This document shows positions 1 through 9,905 of a DNA stretch of 64,000 bases, piece after piece. Source of the DNA: a virus (taxonomy: Duplodnaviria > Caudoviricetes); the IMG/VR virus record IMGVR_UViG_3300028591_000083, positions 32,001 through 96,000 of that record; one strand, given 5' to 3'. Position 1 is the first letter of the stretch; each line of letters begins with the position of its first letter. Position numbers and translations under genes: made by a program. Below the pieces are notes generated by a model. It ran no database searches and was not told the origin of the DNA. It was given only the letters and a program-made list of their open reading frames with translations.

Positions 1-653
1 TTAGTATCATTTTCCGGTTCGTTACGAGACTTCCACTTAACTTCATAATGCTGAATACCATTCACTTCTATAATAGTATTAATATCCTTTACATAAAAAT
101 CGTATCTGAAATTTGATCCATCAATAATGTATTGCTGTTCAAAATTAAGTCCAAGCTGCTCAAGAACAGAGAACATGAATTTTTCAGGATACGAAAAACA
201 ATCTCCACATGAACAAGGAACTCCAAACTCTGCAATCTTAAACACTTTTCGTCTATACTGTTTTCCGCAATCTGGGCATTTACAGTCAATAGTAATCCAA
301 GAATGATCGGTATATTGTAACGCATCAACATCATTTACAATATATTTTACAAGTTCCGGCGCAGTAGCTTTAATAGAATTTATATCCGGAGCAACTGCGC
401 CATTTTTAGAACAAATAAAACAACCATTTCCTACATCAATACCGTGTTCTGCAATAGAATATGAATCAAAATGCTTTCCATTTCGATAGTATTCACCACA
501 AGAATACCCACATTTCAAACACTTATAAGTATATGCATTTGTATAAATTTCTTTCGACTTACCACGTTTTATTGCATTTATTTTCTTTTTAGTTATCCCT
601 GTTATTTCTAATCCATTTACAACTTGACCCAATTCGTACTTGTAATTAGACAT
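1..653 (-). CDS. Zinc-ribbon + Vsr/DUF559-like endonuclease, runs off the window at its 3' end (not in ORF track)
   Basis: Hand translation from ATG 653: MSNYKYELG, several CxxC pairs (CLKC, CFIC, CPDC), then SYPEKFMFSVLEQLGLNFEQQY..RYDFYVKDINTIIEVNGIQHYE; open to base 1; GGAGGT SD. Confidence 0.75.
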   Translation of the reverse strand, partial: MSNYKYELGQVVNGLEITGITKKKINAIKRGKSKEIYTNAYTYKCLKCGYSCGEYYRNGKHFDSYSIAEHGIDVGNGCFICSKNGAVAPDINSIKATAPELVKYIVNDVDALQYTDHSWITIDCKCPDCGKQYRRKVFKIAEFGVPCSCGDCFSYPEKFMFSVLEQLGLNFEQQYIIDGSNFRYDFYVKDINTIIEVNGIQHYEVKWKSRNEPENDT

Positions 654-668
654 TAAATACCTCCGATA

Positions 669-1484
669 TTAAAGTCCGAGTTCAGCAAGAGTTTTGTTTC
701 CGCCTTGTCTTTCAGGTGACTCTCCGTGTGTAATTTGTTCGATTTCAAAATCATCGAGGATTCGATGAACTCTAATCGCACCAGAGATGACCCAAGGAAC
801 AGTGTCAGGATTAGGGTTTGTTCTATACTTGTAATACCCATTTACAGGAAGTTTTGGAAGTCCAGCAAGTGAATGTTGATACTTGTCAGAGCGATATGTT
901 GATCCATCTGGGCGTGTTCTCATATACCCTTGTTCATCTGATTCAGCTTGATAATCAATATCCATAACATAATCACATTCTGCCCACACAAAGTCATAAG
1001 GAAAATATGGTGCATTATCATCTACAACTTGAACGCATTTACCAAGTTCATCAACATAGTATATATTACCTACATTAGATGCCTTTGCACAACTATTTAT
1101 AAATGTCTGCATTGTTCTTACAGACTTTACAGCTTCGTTTGGATCATCGTCTACAATTTTCCAACTGAAAGAACGATCAAACTGTTTTGCTATAGGATAT
1201 TCAGCACAATGCCAACCGGGACGATAGCTTAGGCTTCCTGAACCAGTTGACTTAACTTGTGGTCTACCTGTTTTCGATAATCCTGCAAATTCTCCTTCTT
1301 CTGCATCAAGCCAAACGCCTACAGGGGTATCAGCACCACCAGCGTTTGCAACCATCGGAGGATACAGCTTTCCATTCTTTACTCTAAATACTTTATATGC
1401 TTTACCCTTTACTGAATTTGAGTAATCTTTATCTGAAATCTTTTCATTCATCGGATTATTAGATTCTCTAATATATAGTTTCAT
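669..1484 (-). CDS. Tagged (MKLYIRE) protein with YKVF..YRPGWH..WAECDY domain
   Basis: 271 aa ORF, SD present, N-terminal tag shared with ~20 ORFs. Confidence 0.8.
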   Translation of the reverse strand: MKLYIRESNNPMNEKISDKDYSNSVKGKAYKVFRVKNGKLYPPMVANAGGADTPVGVWLDAEEGEFAGLSKTGRPQVKSTGSGSLSYRPGWHCAEYPIAKQFDRSFSWKIVDDDPNEAVKSVRTMQTFINSCAKASNVGNIYYVDELGKCVQVVDDNAPYFPYDFVWAECDYVMDIDYQAESDEQGYMRTRPDGSTYRSDKYQHSLAGLPKLPVNGYYKYRTNPNPDTVPWVISGAIRVHRILDDFEIEQITHGESPERQGGNKTLAELGL

Positions 1485-1506
1485 CTATTAAAACCTTCTT
1501 TCTATA

Positions 1507-1719
1507 TCAATCACCAGAACCGTCTGGAACAAAAACATCATCTAAAAACTGATCAATAGGCATTTTGCTTTTTGATTCTCCTGCTTTAGATAGAAGATTT
1601 AGTTCTCCTGGATTCTCTTTGTCGTGCTGTTCGCCGTATTTATTATACCAAACAACATTAACACCACAATTTTCACAAATAACATACGCTGTTTCTTTAC
1701 CACAATTTTTACAAATCAT
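1507..1719 (-). CDS. Small double-CxxC zinc-ribbon protein
   Basis: CKNC...CENC; in operon. Confidence 0.65.
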   Translation of the reverse strand: MICKNCGKETAYVICENCGVNVVWYNKYGEQHDKENPGELNLLSKAGESKSKMPIDQFLDDVFVPDGSGD

Positions 1720-1739
1720 GCCAAATCACATTCCTTATT

Positions 1740-2021
1740 TTAATCTTCCATTGACTTCTGCCATCTATCATTTCGCTCAGTAATGAAATAATAAAGTTCT
1801 TGTGCTACTTGTTTGATATCTCTCACTGAGTTTGCTTTCCTTGATTCTTTCCAACCTGAAATTTCTACAATCACATCCCAAAGTCTGTTCTGTGGCTTGC
1901 TGTAGTATGAACTGCAATAAGCATATCCAATTTCTTCATTTCCGATATAAATTGTGTATTGGTCAGGTTGTTCTTTTTGTAAACGAATAGACGACTGTGG
2001 ATTTTCAATAATTAGTTTCAT
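1740..2021 (-). CDS. Tagged (MKLIIE) hypothetical protein
   Basis: ORF with AGGTG SD and tag. Confidence 0.75.
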   Translation of the reverse strand: MKLIIENPQSSIRLQKEQPDQYTIYIGNEEIGYAYCSSYYSKPQNRLWDVIVEISGWKESRKANSVRDIKQVAQELYYFITERNDRWQKSMED

Positions 2022-2033
2022 TTATTATTCACC

Positions 2034-2573
2034 TCAATAGTAGAAATGAATTACAACACTTCCAACTGGTTTTGCTGTTGCAAGTTCTTGAATGTAGAAA
2101 TTGAAATCATAATCTTTTATAAAGCGGCGCAAATCTCTTTCCAGTGAATCTGCGTTTGCTTTGAAACCGGCAAATGCCTCAACAGCTATTGTTTCATCTC
2201 TTGTTTTACTCGGCTCATCAATAATAGTAAAACCATTATTTTTTGCAATCTTCTTAATCATGTCTTTGTTTGCTTCATAAAACTTTCTGATATCATCGTA
2301 GTAATCTTCATTTAGGCTTTTGCACTTTGTAGTTTTCTTGCTCTCATACAGCTCACCGAAATATTCCTGAATCCCTACAAGAGCACGATGAATTTCAAAA
2401 AATGCACGTACATCTTCATCATAAGGTCTTACACCATCAGCAATAGAAGTTGATAAAGATTCATATGCTCTTTCTGTTGCTTCTTTTGTATCAATCAACA
2501 TATTCTTAATATCTCTATAAGTTGCTTCGATTTCTGATTTATCAATATAGTCTTCTTTAATAATAAGTTTCAT
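2034..2573 (-). CDS. Tagged (MKLIIKE) two-module protein
   Basis: Likely start ATG 2573; internal linker LYESKKTTKCKSLNE. Confidence 0.75.
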   Translation of the reverse strand: MKLIIKEDYIDKSEIEATYRDIKNMLIDTKEATERAYESLSTSIADGVRPYDEDVRAFFEIHRALVGIQEYFGELYESKKTTKCKSLNEDYYDDIRKFYEANKDMIKKIAKNNGFTIIDEPSKTRDETIAVEAFAGFKANADSLERDLRRFIKDYDFNFYIQELATAKPVGSVVIHFYY

Positions 2574-2584
2574 TTTTACATTCC

Positions 2585-3511
2585 TCATTTCTGGATAGAA
2601 CTCTTCTTCAACTTATGGAAAATACCATTGAATCTTTCATCGAATACTTCAATGTACTGAGAATCTTCACCGTCAGATAAAAGAAGTAGTTTTCTAGCAT
2701 CCCAATAACCGCTTCCTTGTTCATCTCTATCATAAACAATGTCTACAACTTCATATGGGATATAACCTTTGTTTCCACCATTCGGCAGATGACCGAACTG
2801 AAAATCTCTAATTACGAAATCACCTTTTTTAAGACTGTCAGTATCACAATTATAATCTTCAATATGATCTTCTACCTGACAGAACATCTTGTATGGTTGA
2901 CCTAGCTTTAGATGATCTAGGTGTTCATATACACACTTTACTTTATTGTGTCTTGTATTTCTCAACATCATACTTTCTTTTACAGAACGTCTTTTTGCTT
3001 CTTGTAGAATTCTTCCTAAGAAATAATCCATTTTTGATTTTAATGTTCTAAGCCATTCATCCATTGTTGACTGAATATCTGAGGATACATCTGGATATAG
3101 TTCTGTGATTGCTACGACTACATTATTTAGAACTGATATTGTAGCATCTACACCGTCCATAAGATTGAATCCAACACAATCCGGAACTTCAATATCCCAC
3201 TGTGTCAGAACGTCTTTTGCACTGTTTAGATTATGAATGAAGTGTCCATCCTCACAGCAAATCTCTAAGCAAGTATCACTATAATCATTTAGGAGTTTAT
3301 AAAGTTCATCTGTTGCAAGATGAAGTCTTGTAAACTCTTTTCCACAAGCGTTAATATGAATAGTATGAATATCATTAGATGCTAGCATGAATACAAAACC
3401 AAGAGCTTCTAAATCTTCATATGTACTTGAAGTATCACCTGTGTTTTGTTGTGGTTCTACCTCAAAATCAGGAGTGAATACAACTTCGGTATCTTCAAAA
3501 ATTAGTTTCAC
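2585..3511 (-). CDS. Tagged (MKLIFE) protein with Dps/ferritin-like domain plus second module
   Basis: GTG 3511 after GGGGAG SD; HTIHINACGKEFTRLHLATDELY..D..LE resembles the Dps signature. Confidence 0.7.
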   Translation of the reverse strand: MKLIFEDTEVVFTPDFEVEPQQNTGDTSSTYEDLEALGFVFMLASNDIHTIHINACGKEFTRLHLATDELYKLLNDYSDTCLEICCEDGHFIHNLNSAKDVLTQWDIEVPDCVGFNLMDGVDATISVLNNVVVAITELYPDVSSDIQSTMDEWLRTLKSKMDYFLGRILQEAKRRSVKESMMLRNTRHNKVKCVYEHLDHLKLGQPYKMFCQVEDHIEDYNCDTDSLKKGDFVIRDFQFGHLPNGGNKGYIPYEVVDIVYDRDEQGSGYWDARKLLLLSDGEDSQYIEVFDERFNGIFHKLKKSSIQK

Positions 3512-3525
3512 ACGCTTTCTCCCCT

Positions 3526-3885
3526 TTACATTAGTTTTGACTTTATTTCTTTTATAATAAGAACACAAGTTTGAAGTTCCACTGAGATATTATCTACTGT
3601 GGTTGTGTTCTTTGTGCAATCATATCTTGCCGGATTTTTAAGAAGTACAGTTTGAATACTCATAATTCCTCTTGGAGTAAATCTTACTCGAACTTCTACA
3701 TTATCTGAAATTGAAAATGACCCAGAACCGTTTGATGCTGTAAAATCATATCCTAGCTTTTCTCCGATTTCAAATAACTGATCTTCAATTACTACATCTT
3801 CTACATCATCAACGATTTCATCTTCAATATCTTCATCTTCGTGGATAGGAACATTTCTATATCTGTTCTTATACTTAAATCGCAC
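3526..3885 (-). CDS. Hypothetical protein (basic N-terminus ending PIHE, then acidic stretch)
   Basis: ORF in operon, SD present. Confidence 0.7.
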   Translation of the reverse strand: MRFKYKNRYRNVPIHEDEDIEDEIVDDVEDVVIEDQLFEIGEKLGYDFTASNGSGSFSISDNVEVRVRFTPRGIMSIQTVLLKNPARYDCTKNTTTVDNISVELQTCVLIIKEIKSKLM

Positions 3886-3907
3886 CGCAAATCCCCACCT
3901 TGCTATT

Positions 3908-4153
3908 TTAATTGTAGTTTAGCTTATCAAATAAGGATTCAGTAATATCAGCATTTGGTGTTAATCCATGATGTTCTTGAAATAACATTAGAGCCTTGAT
4001 GAACTTTTTATCACGCTTAAACGGTACACTTTCTCCTTCTGACAAATATTCAAACTTTACAAGTTTATCCTGAATCCATTTGATTCTAGCTTTCATAGGC
4101 ATATTAGAAAATTGAGTGAATTTCATCTGACCAAATATCCTCCGATTTTTCAT
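3908..4153 (-). CDS. Small peptidoglycan-binding-domain protein
   Basis: IKWIQDKL..KALMLFQEHHGLTPNADI..LFDKL resembles PG_binding_1. Confidence 0.6.
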   Translation of the reverse strand: MKNRRIFGQMKFTQFSNMPMKARIKWIQDKLVKFEYLSEGESVPFKRDKKFIKALMLFQEHHGLTPNADITESLFDKLNYN

Positions 4154-4538
4154 CTTTGCAATAGTTATCTACCACATATAATAACTTCTTTATGATTAAC
4201 TGTAAATCTTCTATCTCCTTTGTTACGTATTCAAGAGCTTCTTCTGAGACAAATCCTTGACATCCTTTAAGAAATGCCTTACAATTTTGAACGAATACAG
4301 CATTATCATCTTTTAGTTCCGAGGCTTCAAGATAAATATCATTCAGTAATCCGTCAATCATTTTGAAGAATGAGTTATTAACTTGCTGTAAATCTGTATA
4401 TACCATATAATAAACTAGCTGTCTTGATAACTCTCGTCTTATTGAAATAAGAACATCATCGGCAGTTCTTTTATAATCAAGAACCATGTCTTTGTTTATT
4501 TGGAATGCCGGTTCTTCTTCGTGATGCAGCCAAATCAT
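4104..4538 (-). CDS. Hypothetical helical protein
   Basis: 144 aa ORF coupled to neighbours. Confidence 0.65.
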   Translation of the reverse strand: MIWLHHEEEPAFQINKDMVLDYKRTADDVLISIRRELSRQLVYYMVYTDLQQVNNSFFKMIDGLLNDIYLEASELKDDNAVFVQNCKAFLKGCQGFVSEEALEYVTKEIEDLQLIIKKLLYVVDNYCKDEKSEDIWSDEIHSIF

Positions 4539-5248
4539 TTATATCCCCTCACAATGAGTTCTGATTTAATATCTTTCACCGCCGTATAAATATCTTTTAG
4601 TTCCTTATTTTTACGGAGTAGAGATTCTGCAATAGTAAGATTGTTTAGTACATTTTGAATATAACCTTTACTTACTTTCTGGCGATTCAAGGATTCATCA
4701 ATATCTTCGTCTTCTACCTCAAACAAATCTTCTTTCATCTCGTCAATGTCAATAGCACAGTCATATAGACCACTTGTAATGCTAATGATATCATTAATTG
4801 TTTCTGGATTATCATCTGTAACCATGTTTGTTAGGTCTTGTGCTCTCTCAGCAATATCCATAACATCATCATATAGTGCTGTAAGTCCATCCTCTAGGTT
4901 AGACGGATTATCCCCTACTTCATCTTCCTCATCTGCGGAAACTGTATCATATTCTTCATCTTCTTCAATTAGCTTTTCCTTATCATATACTTTAGAAAGC
5001 ATTTGAAGTGTACTAATAGATTCGTTAATTCTATTTACAATATCATTGCTATTAGAAATAGACACAGACAAAGCATCAATTTCTTTTCCGGTGTTGTCTG
5101 TAATCTTCATAATATATTTATTCGGCTTTACAATACCTTCAAGAGTAAGCATATCTTTTCTTACCTTGAACTTTGGATTCTTTGCGTCTTTAGATACTTT
5201 TGCATCTACTCCTGCGCCTTTGAAAATCTGTGAAATAAACTTGTTCAT
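4535..5248 (-). CDS. Acidic hypothetical protein, possibly head/core associated
   Basis: Start ATG 5248 after GGAG SD; acidic tracts after KLIEE. Confidence 0.7.
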   Translation of the reverse strand: MNKFISQIFKGAGVDAKVSKDAKNPKFKVRKDMLTLEGIVKPNKYIMKITDNTGKEIDALSVSISNSNDIVNRINESISTLQMLSKVYDKEKLIEEDEEYDTVSADEEDEVGDNPSNLEDGLTALYDDVMDIAERAQDLTNMVTDDNPETINDIISITSGLYDCAIDIDEMKEDLFEVEDEDIDESLNRQKVSKGYIQNVLNNLTIAESLLRKNKELKDIYTAVKDIKSELIVRGYK

Positions 5249-5270
5249 ATCTGTATTCTCTCCTTTTGAA

Positions 5271-5543
5271 TTATTCTTCATCCTTGAAGCCGTCAATGAG
5301 ATATGCACCCATTTGAACAAGGTATTCATCTCTTGCTTTTTTCAAAGATTCTGGTTCTTGTTTTGCCTTATAGGATTTATTATATCCATCAATATTTAAT
5401 TCCAAATCGCTTTCAAGGTCTTTTTCAAAATCTTCCTCAATTCTATCTTTTAAGAAATCCATAATCTCTTTAAGAAAATCATCATTAAGATCTTTACCGT
5501 TTATCCGTCTATCGGCTTCTTTAATATAAAGTTTCCGTACCAT
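5271..5543 (-). CDS. Tagged (MVRKLYIKE) hypothetical protein
   Basis: GAGGTG SD; tag. Confidence 0.75.
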   Translation of the reverse strand: MVRKLYIKEADRRINGKDLNDDFLKEIMDFLKDRIEEDFEKDLESDLELNIDGYNKSYKAKQEPESLKKARDEYLVQMGAYLIDGFKDEE

Positions 5544-5555
5544 AGGTATCACCTC

Positions 5556-5858
5556 TTACATCTTTCTCAGCTTATTCATCCAGTACCAAATAAAATATGT
5601 CATTGTGTTTAATGAGTATTTCTTATCTTCCATTCTTTGTAACTCTCTGTTAAACTTCATGTCGGTACGATAATTTGAAGATAACTGAATTGAATAATCA
5701 CGATTAAAGGAAATAGAAATATAATATCTTCCACAATAGAACTTTGCATATCTTCTTGTGTACTGAGCGTTATACAAGGCATATTTTATGGTTTGCTGTT
5801 TTAGTTCTTTATCTTTGTCAACATGAATAATCTGTTCGTATTCATATAACAGTTTCAT
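5556..5858 (-). CDS. Tagged (MKLLYE) hypothetical protein
   Basis: AAGGTG SD; tag. Confidence 0.7.
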   Translation of the reverse strand: MKLLYEYEQIIHVDKDKELKQQTIKYALYNAQYTRRYAKFYCGRYYISISFNRDYSIQLSSNYRTDMKFNRELQRMEDKKYSLNTMTYFIWYWMNKLRKM

Positions 5859-5874
5859 AGGCTTATCACCTTAT

Positions 5875-6258
5875 TTACTTAAATATATTCGGGAATGCTT
5901 GTGTTAGCAGGAATACTAATCCTCCTGAAACAATAGCCCATATAACCTTTTCCTTTAATGCGTTGGCTTTCTTAGCTGTTTCAATCAATGGAGCTTGTTC
6001 AACATCTGATAGTTTCTTTCCAAATTCTTCCTTCCACTGTTTATCAGCTTTCTGGGCACTCTTTACCTCAGACACATCCTCCTTGATATACTGCATATCC
6101 TGTGCCATAACTTTTACTGATGTTGCAATATCATGAATATCATCTACTTTACTCTGCATTTCCTTCTGGTTTGCTTCAAGAGTAGTGATACGAACATCAT
6201 GCTCTGCGACTTTTGTGCTTAGTGCTTCATTTGTCATATAAGATGCATCCCTTTCCAT
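5875..6258 (-). CDS. Coiled-coil protein with C-terminal TM, XhlA/holin-like lysis protein
   Basis: Heptad coil, C-terminal hydrophobic helix VIWAIVSGGLVFLL. Confidence 0.6.
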   Translation of the reverse strand: MERDASYMTNEALSTKVAEHDVRITTLEANQKEMQSKVDDIHDIATSVKVMAQDMQYIKEDVSEVKSAQKADKQWKEEFGKKLSDVEQAPLIETAKKANALKEKVIWAIVSGGLVFLLTQAFPNIFK

Positions 6259-6267
6259 GTTTAATTA

Positions 6268-6660
6268 TTAGATATTTTTCTTCGACTGTAGAATGTAGTT
6301 TTCAATAGAGTTAGAAACAAATGCACTAACATCACCAAAGTTATTGATGATCTTTTGTTTATCTTCTTCTGTAAGTAGTGCTTCGATTGCTGCGAATGTA
6401 TTATTAAATGCTTTGTCTTTTGCTTCGTCATCAAAATCTCCGGTTTTCTTATAATCTGATACAAACTTTTGATTCGTTGCTTCAACACAAACTTGAACAA
6501 CATAATCAAATTTCTCAATGAAATCTTTAAGTGCCTTATTCTTTGTGGACTGTTTAATCTGGTCACACTTTGTATGAATGATGTTACCGATAGAAACAGT
6601 TAGTCCGGCAAATAGAATTACAAGAAATCCGGAAAGTGCGGTTGTTAAAATATCCTTCAT
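6268..6660 (-). CDS. Putative holin (LL-H-like)
   Basis: N-terminal TM then VVQVCVEATNQKFV..KK.G.FD.EAK..A pattern of Firmicute phage holins. Confidence 0.65.
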   Translation of the reverse strand: MKDILTTALSGFLVILFAGLTVSIGNIIHTKCDQIKQSTKNKALKDFIEKFDYVVQVCVEATNQKFVSDYKKTGDFDDEAKDKAFNNTFAAIEALLTEEDKQKIINNFGDVSAFVSNSIENYILQSKKNI

Positions 6661-6662
6661 AG

Positions 6663-7055
6663 TTATTCTCCTTTCACTAAAAGGTTCAAAAGATTTTCGT
6701 TGATAGATTCAACATAAATTGTTTTCTGGAAAGAGAAATCAAAATCCTTACAATGAACTCTTATAGTAAGAATATTCATTCCTGCCATTGTGAAGTCTTT
6801 TTCAGCTAGTCTTACAAGTATTTGTCCTCTATGCGGATTCAGAACTTCTAACTCCCCTGTGAATAACACAGATTCCATTTCTGTATTTGTCACCGCTGCT
6901 GCAAGTTCTACTTCATCTCCGAAATCAACAAACTTACATTTATCAAATACTTGAAAAACAATTTCAGGCATATTATTTGTAAGACCGTGTTGAACTGAAA
7001 TAGTTGGTTTTCCACAAACTATCGGATACTTCACATCAACTGGAACGTAGATCAT
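6663..7055 (-). CDS. BppU-like baseplate/structural protein
   Basis: Beta-rich; VLNPHRGQILVRL..TMAG resembles BppU N-terminal domain. Confidence 0.45.
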   Translation of the reverse strand: MIYVPVDVKYPIVCGKPTISVQHGLTNNMPEIVFQVFDKCKFVDFGDEVELAAAVTNTEMESVLFTGELEVLNPHRGQILVRLAEKDFTMAGMNILTIRVHCKDFDFSFQKTIYVESINENLLNLLVKGE

Positions 7056-7179
7056 ATGGAATCACCCTCTCTCCAAAACTTATAAAAAGAAATCACAGTA
7101 TGAAATACCGTCATATATGTTGTTTTAATTTTTACATATATTTGATACCTATACTGTGTTTTTCCTTTATATTTAGTTT

Positions 7180-7416
7180 TTACTCAAAAGCAGACATATC
7201 ATCTGTATCTGCAATCCACTTTCTCTTATTTCCAATTCGTTCAAACATCTGTACGAATTTGCATTCAGGTATGATATCCTTGAAAAACTTTACTGCTTCA
7301 TCGTAGATATCAAATTTACATCGTTTAATTGGGGCTGATTTCATATCCTTATCACGCCAACCCATGACATAGAAATAGTGATTATCCTTCTCTTTTTCTC
7401 TTATATGTAATCTCAT
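7180..7416 (-). CDS. Tagged (MRLHIRE) hypothetical protein
   Basis: ORF with SD; tag. Confidence 0.7.
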   Translation of the reverse strand: MRLHIREKEKDNHYFYVMGWRDKDMKSAPIKRCKFDIYDEAVKFFKDIIPECKFVQMFERIGNKRKWIADTDDMSAFE

Positions 7417-7417
7417 C

Positions 7418-8113
7418 TCACTCTACTCCTCTTAATTTAGTATTTGGTATTATTTGTTTTGCGGCTTCTTGAAGTGTTTTCATTTCTTCATCTGTGAATT
7501 CCTTACAACTAGGATCTATTACACAGTCACTCTGTAGATATTTCTGTAAATAGTAATGTTTACACTTATCTATCCACATAGCAATTCTTGTTATATCGTC
7601 TGCGGTATGAAGTGTTTTTGAACACGTTGTTCTGAATTCATAATCCGCATACTCTTGATTTATTAGAAATTCTACTGACTTATTTACTTTACCAACAATG
7701 ATCTTATCAATTCCACAAGTCTGAGAATATTTTTCCAATGAGTTCTTTATGTCCATTGCTATGTAATCTACATATCCTGACTTACAAAGTTCCTCTAATC
7801 TTTCCGGCATTGTTCCGTTTGTATCTATTTTTACAAGATATCCTAGTTCTTTGATTCTTTTTGCGAATTGAATAATATCAAGATTCAATAGTGGCTCTCC
7901 ACCTGAAATACAAACAGCGTCTAATCTTCCTACTCTTGATTCTAGGAATTTATAAATATCTTCTTCTGGAATAATATTTGTTGCCGATTCAACTACTAAT
8001 GATTTATTATGACAAAACGGACATCTTAGATTACATCCATGTGTGAATATTGTGCAAGCTACTTTTTCTGGATAGTCTAATAAGGATAGTTTTTGTAGTC
8101 CTGATATTATCAT
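7418..8113 (-). CDS. nrdG: Anaerobic ribonucleotide reductase activating protein (radical SAM)
   Basis: GLQKLSLLDYP..GCNLRCPFCHN (CxxxCxxC), ISGGEP, KIDTNG, YEFRTT. Confidence 0.92.
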   Translation of the reverse strand: MIISGLQKLSLLDYPEKVACTIFTHGCNLRCPFCHNKSLVVESATNIIPEEDIYKFLESRVGRLDAVCISGGEPLLNLDIIQFAKRIKELGYLVKIDTNGTMPERLEELCKSGYVDYIAMDIKNSLEKYSQTCGIDKIIVGKVNKSVEFLINQEYADYEFRTTCSKTLHTADDITRIAMWIDKCKHYYLQKYLQSDCVIDPSCKEFTDEEMKTLQEAAKQIIPNTKLRGVE

Positions 8114-8119
8114 TTAGTA

Positions 8120-9850
8120 TCACTCACTATCTTTGTTGTTCTTTCTTCGTTTCTTTGTCTTGAAAACATCTCGCCAATCTTCCGGCTCTTTCGGATCACC
8201 GAAATAGTAAATACCATTCTTCATTCCGTCTTCATTCATGTAGGATGTTTTTGACGGTATACAAGCAGTATCTTCACTAATATATAGCTTCAATGACTCT
8301 GTTTTTGATTTTGAAGTTGGTTTACATTGAATATCATTTTCTTCACAATAGTCTTTTACATATTCATTATTTGTATATATAGTTAAATTATTGCAATCTG
8401 TAAAGGCATCCTCGTATATACCAGAAACACTGTTCGGAATTGTGGCAGATTTTAGATTTACACAACTATTAAAAGCATTGCCTTTAATTTGTTCAACGCC
8501 ATCTAACAATTTAAGGTTTTTTAGTTTTTCGCATCCTGTAAATGCATTGAAACCAATTACAGCTACACTTCCCGGTATAGTAATTGATTCTAAATTAGTA
8601 CAAAATTCAAAAGCAGAATGGCTGATTTTTTCAACACTGTTTGGAAGTGTAATCGCTTTAAGATTTTTGCAATTTGAAAAAACACTATTATCAATAGATT
8701 TTATACCACTAGATAATATTACAGAAGATAATTTTATACAGTATGAAAACCCGAAACTGCCTATATGAACTACATTATCAGGTATTTCGATTGATTGTAA
8801 ATTTATGCATCCGCTAAATGCTCGATCTCCAATCTCGGTAACACTGCTTGGAATTTTGATATATTTTAGACTTTCACATCCTGCAAACGCACTATATCCT
8901 ATTGTCTGCAAACTGTCAGGAAGTGTTACTGACTCTAGTTTTTTACAGTTGTAAAATGCCCCTTCTCTTATATGTTTTACACTGTTTGTTATTTTAACTG
9001 ATACTAAATTAGCACAATCTGCGAATGCATTATATCCAACAACACTCATGCCGTTACTTACTATAAGATTTTTTATCAACTGCTTTTGTGAATCACCTAA
9101 ATGTCCACCACTATATACAAAGGTGTCATCTGTAAGCTCCATCCCAAGCATCTTGCATATAAAGTGTCTTAATTGTTCACTTCCAACAATAATATCGTTA
9201 ATATCAAATGGATAATCGTTATCATCAAGAAAATCCCCCGTAGAACTTGAATATTGCCATCTATCACCAGTTGCCTTGTCTTTGATAATATATAATTTTC
9301 CACCGTCTTTTGTGTATTTATCATACCACTCTCTATTCTCATGGGCAGTACACCACTCTGTACCTTTTCCTAATTTCATACTAGCTTCATGGGTATTTGG
9401 AACATATACAATGTATTGATTATCTTCAAAAACAACATCATAATCATCCTCTGCTTCAGTGGAAATTCTTCCTGCTTTAACATTCTTCTTAAACCGTAAT
9501 TTCTGCCTATCTGAAAGCATTGAATCATCGTCAACAACCTGTGCTAAGATATCAGATAAATCATCTAAAGTCTTATAAGCATTAAGGTCTTTATTTTGAA
9601 TTCTATTTCTATATACTGTGAATTGATCCAATATCTTTGTCACGTCATCAAAGTCTCTATCTGAAATCTGTTTCTTATTATATAGATTCAGTATCCACTT
9701 TCCATATTTTCCAAGACTGTCTTTACCTCTATATGTTGGGTCAAGTGATATAAGTTCCATAAATGTATCATCATCTATATTTGGATAATACTTTTTTACA
9801 GCTTCTATATCTTCTATTAAATAGTTGCTTTCTGATATTCTTAATTTCAT
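8120..9850 (-). CDS. Tagged (MKLRISE) protein: helical/PcfJ-like region plus BspA-type leucine-rich repeats
   Basis: EASMKLGKGTEWCTA motif; ~10 repeats of AFxxCxxLxSIxIPxSVxxIG. Confidence 0.85.
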   Translation of the reverse strand: MKLRISESNYLIEDIEAVKKYYPNIDDDTFMELISLDPTYRGKDSLGKYGKWILNLYNKKQISDRDFDDVTKILDQFTVYRNRIQNKDLNAYKTLDDLSDILAQVVDDDSMLSDRQKLRFKKNVKAGRISTEAEDDYDVVFEDNQYIVYVPNTHEASMKLGKGTEWCTAHENREWYDKYTKDGGKLYIIKDKATGDRWQYSSSTGDFLDDNDYPFDINDIIVGSEQLRHFICKMLGMELTDDTFVYSGGHLGDSQKQLIKNLIVSNGMSVVGYNAFADCANLVSVKITNSVKHIREGAFYNCKKLESVTLPDSLQTIGYSAFAGCESLKYIKIPSSVTEIGDRAFSGCINLQSIEIPDNVVHIGSFGFSYCIKLSSVILSSGIKSIDNSVFSNCKNLKAITLPNSVEKISHSAFEFCTNLESITIPGSVAVIGFNAFTGCEKLKNLKLLDGVEQIKGNAFNSCVNLKSATIPNSVSGIYEDAFTDCNNLTIYTNNEYVKDYCEENDIQCKPTSKSKTESLKLYISEDTACIPSKTSYMNEDGMKNGIYYFGDPKEPEDWRDVFKTKKRRKNNKDSE

Positions 9851-9905
9851 TGTTATCATCCCTGTTCTTTCGTTTGCAATATTTTAATAAACGGTTACAA
9901 TCCCT

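Noticed and set aside
5859-5880. Second target for the IscB guide (aaataaggtgat match)
   Set aside because: Only 12 nt, explained by shared Shine-Dalgarno sequence, and not followed by an ATG-like TAM.
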